64,000 nucleotides of DNA from Chrysemys picta bellii (lineage: Eukaryota). The notes beneath the pieces are model-generated. The model saw only the letters and a program-made list of their open reading frames with translations. It was not told where the DNA came from and did no database searches. The DNA lies in contig NC_088809.1 of NCBI RefSeq assembly GCF_011386835.1, positions 3,534,001 to 3,598,000 on the forward strand. The letters are read 5' to 3'. Below are positions 46,908-64,000 of this stretch, piece after piece (positions within the stretch are counted from its first letter, which is position 1; each line of letters begins with the position of its first letter). Made by a program: the position numbers and the translations under genes.

Positions 46908-48591
46908 TTATGCAATAGGCTTGGGGGAGGGGGGTGGAAGGAGGGATCTATAGAGTGACACTCCCTTGTTCTAAGGAAGCAAATACTAGAGCTGCCCAAC
47001 AAGGTAAAACATGCACCATTTTTACTCTAAACCAAGAATAGTAAATTCTAGACACTTCAGCAGCAGTTTCTCTTTCAGAAAGGCTTCCAGTAGCATATGC
47101 TGCATAAAACAGCACCTTACCCTACTATGTACACAAAGCTGTAACAGTGACAGGGGAAGAAGTTAGCAGTTCTATAAAGAACAAGATGCAAAACACTAAA
47201 ATACTTTTCTTAGGGAAGAAACTGTGGAAAAATGCAATTAACTTAGTGGGAGATGATTCTCCTCTAGTGCAAGAGTTTCCCCATTGCTTAGCATTTAAAG
47301 CTCTGTTAGTGGCTTCTGGAAAGGAGTGAATGATTAACAGTGGGGAGAGGAGGTAGTGTTTTTACTCTAAGTTTTCAAAATCTAATATTAAGGGTTAGAT
47401 TATCCCTTGCTAGTTCAGGCTCAGGTTTTTAAGATGCCACATTTAAGTAAAAGTTTGTAGAAGGTCCAATGCTGAGTAATGACATCTACACTACTTAGTA
47501 TCATGTGCTAGCAAACGTTAAGCAGAATATTTTGCAGTGCTTGAGGGATAGTTCACTGCAAGATTTTAGTCTGCTTCAACAAGCAGCTCATCATAAAAGG
47601 GACACAAGTTTGAACTAGCAGTCTGCTAAACAGATTATAATGGAAGCTGTGTGGGATTTAGTAATAAATTTCAAGACATTACAGTTGCAAAGTACTTCTA
47701 TACAAGATGAAGTAATTGCTTCATAAAATACTTGGGAACAATGCCAGCTTTAACATGCTATAACTATTGCAACTGTAGGGCTTGTGTTTTAAGAGATACT
47801 GTAAGTGGGAAAGAGATGGAAACCTTTGTCATTGCTGAACATAAAGGAGACATTTACAAAGTTCCACTTCCTTACTCCACATTTAGCAGAGAGAATCTTC
47901 AAATAGAAGGGGCAGCTGGTCTGTTTTGTAAGGGGAGACTTATTTAAATCCTGTATTAAGTAGAAATGTGCAAATGAGCTTGCAAACATCTATTGTACCA
48001 AAATTCCTATCCCTGCACCTGTGGTAGGCAAACTTACACTACAGAAATCCTTCACAAAGGCCAAACTATGGAGTTGTAGGAGCTTTTGCAGAAAAAATTC
48101 CTACAAATCCTTGAAGGGTTTCATACCCTTCAATATGAACCACATTAACACTTTAAGGTATTATACAGGCTAGCTTTAATTACAATTAGCCAAAAAATTT
48201 TCATCTTCCAGAACTAGTTTTAATGACACTGTATATGACCTCTTTACTTCAACTGTCTTCAGACTAGTTTAAAAAAATTGTAAATAGAACACTGAAGAGG
48301 TTGTAGATTAACTTATTACTGCAGTGCTATTTAGGTTCTGACTTCAATGAATTTTATAAACTTGATAAATGCATCTCAAAGAATGTTCTACTCCATATCT
48401 TTACATACCAGTAGATGCCTCTTTTTATACCTTTTTATCTTCAGTAATACAAAAAAATCCAAAAGGAATTTGACATTTAAATTACAAATCCTGTGGTAGT
48501 AAATATCTTAATAGCTTTACAGATAGGCCTTATTTTTGTTTACTGTAGAAAAGTACACTGCTATTTGTACTGTGGTCTCTTGATTTTACAC

Positions 48592-48597
48592 AATAAA
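48592..48597 (+). terminator. Candidate polyadenylation signal for TAX1BP3
   Basis: AATAAA at the end of an AT-rich UTR-like stretch; another AATAAA at 47663. Confidence 0.4.
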
Positions 48598-49146
48598 AAG
48601 AATGAATTTAACAAAAACGGTCTCAGTTAAGGACAATTTATGTATTATTTATATTCTGTGCAAGCTTTCTAACCCTCCAATTCTTCTGATTTAGGACAGG
48701 TTGAGTGCTGCCTGACAACTTTTAGACAGCCATATTACAGTGAAGAAAAGAGATGCTAAACAGCTAACAGAAGTGACAGTCAGCAAATTCTGCACCCATT
48801 TACAACTTGGAGCATCTCTGGGGGAGGAGTACATTCTCTTCTGCAATTTTACCATCTTAAACTTTTCAGTGCAGAAGAACAAGCTGATTTCCCCTCTAGC
48901 AGGAGGTTTGCAGGCCTAAGTAATCAGACCTTGAACATTAGTGATTCTAAATCTTGTGTTTAAAAGTCCCTTTTACTATACTCTATTCCTTACTCCTGTC
49001 AAAGATAAGAGACGGCGTAGTGCCAAGCTGTACAGTTTAAAGTGCAAGAATGTTCAACCATGGTTGGAGATTAAATATTACATTCTTTGCATGGATGCTG
49101 CAGAGAAAGCAATCCAGAGCACCTGAGCAAGAGTCAATACTTAAGT

Positions 49147-49152
49147 TTTATT
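49147..49152 (-). terminator. Candidate polyadenylation signal for CTNS
   Basis: Minus-strand AATAAA about 1.1 kb past the CTNS stop. Confidence 0.35.
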
Positions 49153-50238
49153 CCCAATTCACCACCTTCCTGCGTTCCCTTATGTTAAAGCCTTGTTACT
49201 TAAAGGCCTTATTTCCCTCAAGCCACCTATATAAAATGGGTATAATGCCTACCTTGCAGAGGGAATCTTGAGGCTTTGAGATCTTTACCTGGAAGGTGCC
49301 ATGTAAGTGCTTATCAGCTACTGCCTAGATTACTCAGGAAAAGGGAGGAAACCACTTTAAGACTAATACAAGTTTTAATCATTAGGCAATTGAACAACAA
49401 GATCAGACTTAAATATAATATAAATTGTTCAACAGCACAGACTAGGCACTTTAATGGAACCAAATGTGAATAACTTAACTTAGTGCAGTAAATATTCAGA
49501 AATTTGGCACTAGATTTAGTACCTTTACTGAAAGTGCTTGGTGGTACACACTTGCAGAGATCATATTAAAAGTCTTTTTTTAAGTGTTTAAGTATAGCTC
49601 TTGACACTGTCATAGGAACGTGCTGTGATATTAAGTCTGATTAGTGCTGGTCTGGTCTTCATGCTTTCTGGTTAGTGATTTCATTAACTCACTGTACCTA
49701 CATGTAACAGGAAGTATCTGTTACCAAGTAGTCTCTTCTTGAGCCACTGCTTTCCACTTACAACTTGATTTGGGAGAAGGTGATGAAGGCAGCAGCACAG
49801 TTAAATTCTACGGTCCACTCCACAAAAGCCTGTTGCTTGGTCACTACTTTAAAAAAGTTACCTGGTTGGATTTTTCACTCTCCCATTGTGTTCAGCTGAA
49901 GGAAGCCCAGCTCTTTCCTTGCCCCCCCCCAGAATGCTGTATTGGTCAAAGATACCCATATATTACTAGGCCAGCTCAAGACAGGCTGGCCCAGAATTAG
50001 CTTCTGGGGTTGCAAATCTTTTCCAGCTGCAAGGAGTAGGATAATGGAATATCCATTAAGGCATTTGGCATTAAGCAAAAAAAGTTCACTGCAGTCCCAT
50101 ACTGAAGAGGAATTATAAACAACAGCATGACTCTCGAACTAGTCACGCTGGTACCTGGTGAGTAGTGTGGAAATCCCCCAGCCAGTAGAGAGGTAAGGCC
50201 AATAAATCCGTACTGTTGTGTCCATTCAGGGTGGGGCC

Positions 50239-60286
<10,048 letters not shown>

Positions 60287-60779
60287 GCTATTCTTCAGAC
60301 CGCTACAAAGCAAATGAAAGGAAATGTTGTTTAGGCTCCTGCATAATTTCAGCAGCAGCACAGCCCCATCTACCACTCTTTTCCCCACTGTGCCCTGCAT
60401 CACTTCATCTCACCCATCACCTTGCCAAGGCCATCGTTAACCCACTTCCCCACACACCATGGTCAGCCCAGCCCTGCCCCTTCACCTCCACACCTAGCCC
60501 CCACCCATCCCTGGGGCTGGGGCCACCTTGAGCCTATCTTGCCAAGCTCCCACTTACCACCATGCCCAGTCCCCACCTGGCATCACCATTTCTGGCCCCC
60601 ACCCACCCCAGGGGCCAGGGTACCTGAGCCTAGAGCCCTCCCTTCGCTAAGCCCCCCCCCTCACCACCCTACCTAGCCCCACTCACCCCAGGGCCCCCTG
60701 AGCCTAGAGCCCTCCCTTTCCCCGCCCCACACCTCGTCATCTACCCCAGAGCTCTGCTCCCCCCCAGCCAAGGCACATG

Positions 60780-61400
60780 GAGGCAGCAGAAGGCAGGGGG
60801 CACAGGAGAGGTGTCTCAGCGCCCCAGCCAGGGGGATGGAGGAGAGAGGGGAACTGGGGGCTCCCTCCCCCGGCTCGAACCCCCGGGGCGCAGGATGGTC
60901 CCCTCACGCCAATGCGCCCCCTCAGCCCTCATGACCACGCGGCGCAGTGCATGCCGGGACTTGTGGTCCTCATGGGGGCGCTCCTCCGGAAGGGGGTCCC
61001 CCCTGCGCTATGCACCCCGAGGACAGGAGAAACACCTACCGCTGAGCCACTCCGTCCGACTATCGCTCCTTCCTCCCATGTGAGGTGACCCGCAGCCGCC
61101 TATATCAGGCCTCCCTCTCACGTGCCGTAAAGCCGCAATGGCTGCCCCAGGCCGCCATCTTGGGTGTGGCCTTTGGTGCTTTGGGGCGCTAGCGACGCCC
61201 GGGGGGGGGGGTTCCCTTTTGGCTTAATTAAAGTCTCGTTTAAAACTCTTTAGATATGTTTTTTATGGGGGGATTGGGCCCCGGGAAGCGTCAGAAATGG
61301 GTCGCGGGCGGGCGTTTTGCCACACTCAAGATGGAGGCTCCAGATCCCCCCCCGGATCTACTCGGGCAGCTGCTCCCGCCTGCTGTGGCTCCGAGGTTCG
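60780..61400. promoter_or_regulatory. CpG island / bidirectional promoter of CTNS and SHPK
   Basis: CpG-rich. YY1 site CCGCCATCTT 61152-61161, opposite-facing CAAGATGG at 61327, E-box CACGTG 61119-61124. Confidence 0.85.
61040..61170 (-). other. CTNS: Probable non-coding first exon of CTNS (5' end approximate)
   Basis: Minus-strand donor G|GTAGGT at 61040/61039 in the CpG island. Confidence 0.6.
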
Positions 61401-61783
61401 TAGTTCAAGGGTCAGCGCAGGCCAGGGCCTAGCCTAAGCCAGTCTGGCGCTGGATTTAACCCTCAGGTGGCTGCTGCTACCCCAGGCCCTCCAGCCCTTG
61501 CCCGCTATGGGAGCCCAGAGCCGGTTGGACCTGTTCCCTGGCACTGCCTGTGCATAGGGCAGAGACCTGGGTACCCCTCAGGCAGAGCCACGCTGCCGGT
61601 GGAGAGACGAGTAACTGAGAGCCACCCCAAGGAGCAGGGCTGGAGAGTGGGAGGCAGGCTGCAAGGCTGAGTCTCTGCGCCGGTCCCCTGTTGCTGCCTG
61701 TGTGTTGGGCATTTACTTGGGCAGCTGGCGGACTGAACACACCCAGTGGTGCAAGAAGTGGCAGCCGCCAGAGGACAACACAA

Positions 61784-61978
61784 ATGATGGCTGATAACCA
61801 AGCTATAGGTCTGAGTCCATGTGCTACACCTGGAACTATGTGTGTGTTGGGCATAGATCTGGGCACCACCTCAGTTAAGGCTGCCTTGGTAATCGAGACA
61901 GAGCAAGGGCAAATTGTGGCCCAGAGCTGTTCAAGGGAGACACAGGCGCAGGCTGATAGCCTGGCTGCTGGAGCACAG
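61784..61978 (+). CDS. SHPK: SHPK coding exon 1
   Basis: MMADNQAIG...CVLGIDLGTTSVKAALV...AGAQ; donor GTGAGA. Confidence 0.93.
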
Positions 61979-63627
61979 GTGAGACATAAGGAGTGGTATT
62001 GTAAGGTAGCACAAGACAGAGGCATTGTGTTTCACCAACACAGCTTTGTGCCACCATGTTATGTCAGGTTTCAGAGTAGCAGCCGTGTTAGTCTGTATCC
62101 GCAAAAAGAAGAACAGGAGTACTTGTGGCACCTTAGAGACTAACAAATTTATTAGAGCATGTTATGTCAGCGTCAATGACTTATCAGCGTTGTTTTAATG
62201 ACTTGCAGGATGCCGCTTGGCTCTTTAAGGGGGAAGAAAGGGAAAGGAGGCAAACCAAGCGGTGGTGGTGGCATGTGTGTCTGTCTGTATATCTGAAATC
62301 TAATGTAAAATACTTCTCTTGTGTTGTATGGAAAAAGCCAAGCCAAGTAAGAGTAAAACAGTCTGTTTCTAGAAGGGTCAGTTTTTAAAAAATCAGTGGT
62401 TAGGTACCTAAATGGTTAAGTCAAATGAAGCCAGAATTAGTGCTGATTAGTGTTTCTGGCTGTCCTATAATCAGTGTGCAGTGGTGATGTAGCCGTGTTG
62501 GTCCCAGGATATATGTGAGACAAGGTGGGTGAGGTAATATATTTTATTAGGTTGGTCCAATAAAAGATATTACCCCACCCACCTTGTCTCTCTACTACAG
62601 GCAATGAATACTTTCTTTTCTTTCTAGTGATTTGTGGCGTTTCAAAACAGACACAGCTCTGAGCAATTTCTGAAATGGCACCATAGTTAGCTGCTGTAGC
62701 GGACTTGGCTATAGCATGATCGAGTGAACTTACAGCCCAAACCCAAGTTATGTACTTTGCCTGAGAATCTAGAAAACAGTAGAAAGCCCAGATACTTAGA
62801 TGTATATTTATCAGAACCTTAGAAAAACTTGAAATAGATTTTTCCCCGCACCTTGATCTTGTATGTGATGCTGCTTCACAGGGAACAGAGGCAAACTGCC
62901 CTAACCCATTTTGCACTTTACTTCGGGATACAATCATTAACTTCATCAGAGTGCTGCTTAAGTAGGGCATGGTGTGTTAGAAAGAAGCAACAAGATCCTT
63001 TCATCTTAAGGGGCTTTTGGTCCACTGTGTCTACTGATACAACCCGGCAAAAACCAGGGCAGAAAGATGGAAGGTACATCTCTATGCTCTTAATGAACTT
63101 GTTATGATGCTAGGCCTTGACTTTTGTAGTAGTAAAGGCAGGCACTACAGTAATACAAATAATAAGTAATAATAATAACAGCAGGTAAACCTCATCTTTG
63201 TTTATACAATCAAAGTTATATGTTAATAGAATAATTCATATGTATTTGTGTGTGGGTAATTAAACTATAGTTTCTAGCGTATATTATTTAGCCACAAATC
63301 ATCTAAATTAGTGTATGTTGAAACTTTGAACTATGTAGTAGTAATTCAGCTATAGTAATAGTATATTGTTAAGCTAAATAATAGATGGTGTTCACTTCTA
63401 GCTACTGTATCACTGCTTAAGTAAATGCTGTAAACGAATCTAGTAGATTGTCTCAGCACCCTCATAACTGATTTTATGGTTGCAGGGAATGGAGCAAGAT
63501 GTCCAGAGAATAATAAAAGCCTTGAATGAATGCCTTGCGGCTTTTCCCCGGGAGCACCTTCAAAGGGTTAGTCGCATTGGTATTTCAGGACAAATGCATG
63601 GGGTTGTGTTTTGGAAAACAAACCAAG
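61784..63627 (+). CDS. SHPK: Sedoheptulokinase (FGGY carbohydrate kinase family), partial: first two coding exons
   Basis: join(61784-61978,63486-63627); the gene continues past the window. Start could be 61784, 61787 (best Kozak) or 61838. Confidence 0.95.
62068..62160 (-). mobile_element. Penelope-like tail, about 90 bp
   Basis: Nearly identical to 7992-8085; 13-bp direct repeat CATGTTATGTCAG at 62055-62067 and 62158-62170. Confidence 0.9.
62490..62590 (-). mobile_element. Second-family Penelope-like tail with inverted partial duplicate
   Basis: TAGCCGTGTTGGTCCCAGGAT...GAGACAAGGTGGGTGAGGTAATAT followed by its reverse complement. Confidence 0.75.
63486..63627 (+). CDS. SHPK: SHPK coding exon 2
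   Basis: GMEQDVQRIIKALNECLAAF...IGISGQMHGVVFWKTNQ; donor GTAATG. Confidence 0.97.
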
Positions 63628-64000
63628 GTAATGTCCATCTTTTGACATGTTTGCTATAAATATTGTAGTATAGAAGTTAAATGGCTGAAGCCATGGAAGA
63701 TGGATCTATTGACGTTGGAAATCATTTTTAGTTCTGGAATAATCTGTAGAAAACTGCCATAAAACATCTTGATGTTTTATGAAATATAATGGTCAGAAAA
63801 AGTCCTGTTAAACATGCATTTCTTCTTAATTGTAGTAGACAGTCATTTACAACCACTCATTCCATTTAATCATGTTGTTGACATACTAATTAAGGATCTG
63901 ATCTTGTGAATCCTTATGTGAGTGAGTAGTCCCAGTGAAGTCAACAGGGCTATTCACGTGAGGAAGGTTTTGCAGAACTGAGATTCGGAAGGGAATTGAG

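Noticed and set aside
48896-48917. AG acceptor giving GLQTSC*, reminiscent of the human CTNS-LKG junction GLQ
   Set aside because: No matching GT donor in the last exon, weak polypyrimidine tract, three-residue match is within chance
62437-62970. 177-aa minus-strand ORF
   Set aside because: Runs through a PLE palindrome; no homology recognised

Overview
Vertebrate genomic DNA, almost certainly a turtle (tRNA-head/CR1-tail turtle SINE, turtle-type CR1, Penelope-like, Harbinger and hAT repeats). It carries the conserved amniote block P2RX5(+, 12 coding exons, 413 aa) - EMC6(-, 110 aa) - TAX1BP3(+, 4 exons, 124 aa) - CTNS(-, 10 coding exons, 368 aa) - SHPK(+, first two coding exons; truncated by the window end). 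EMC6/TAX1BP3 and CTNS/SHPK each sit head-to-head on a CpG-island promoter. Exon boundaries were read by hand and all phases close. There is one 132-nt assembly gap and no CRISPR, rRNA or tRNA gene. Two things stand out. (1) A decayed minus-strand fragment at about 3.7-4.5 kb shows, in the correct order, motifs of hepadnavirus core and polymerase terminal protein: a candidate endogenous hepatitis-B-like element. (2) Several Penelope-like retroelement ends carry a minimal, atypical type I hammerhead ribozyme; three form near-perfect palindromes and one starts at the predicted self-cleavage site. Homology calls rest on reference sequences recalled from memory; no search was run.
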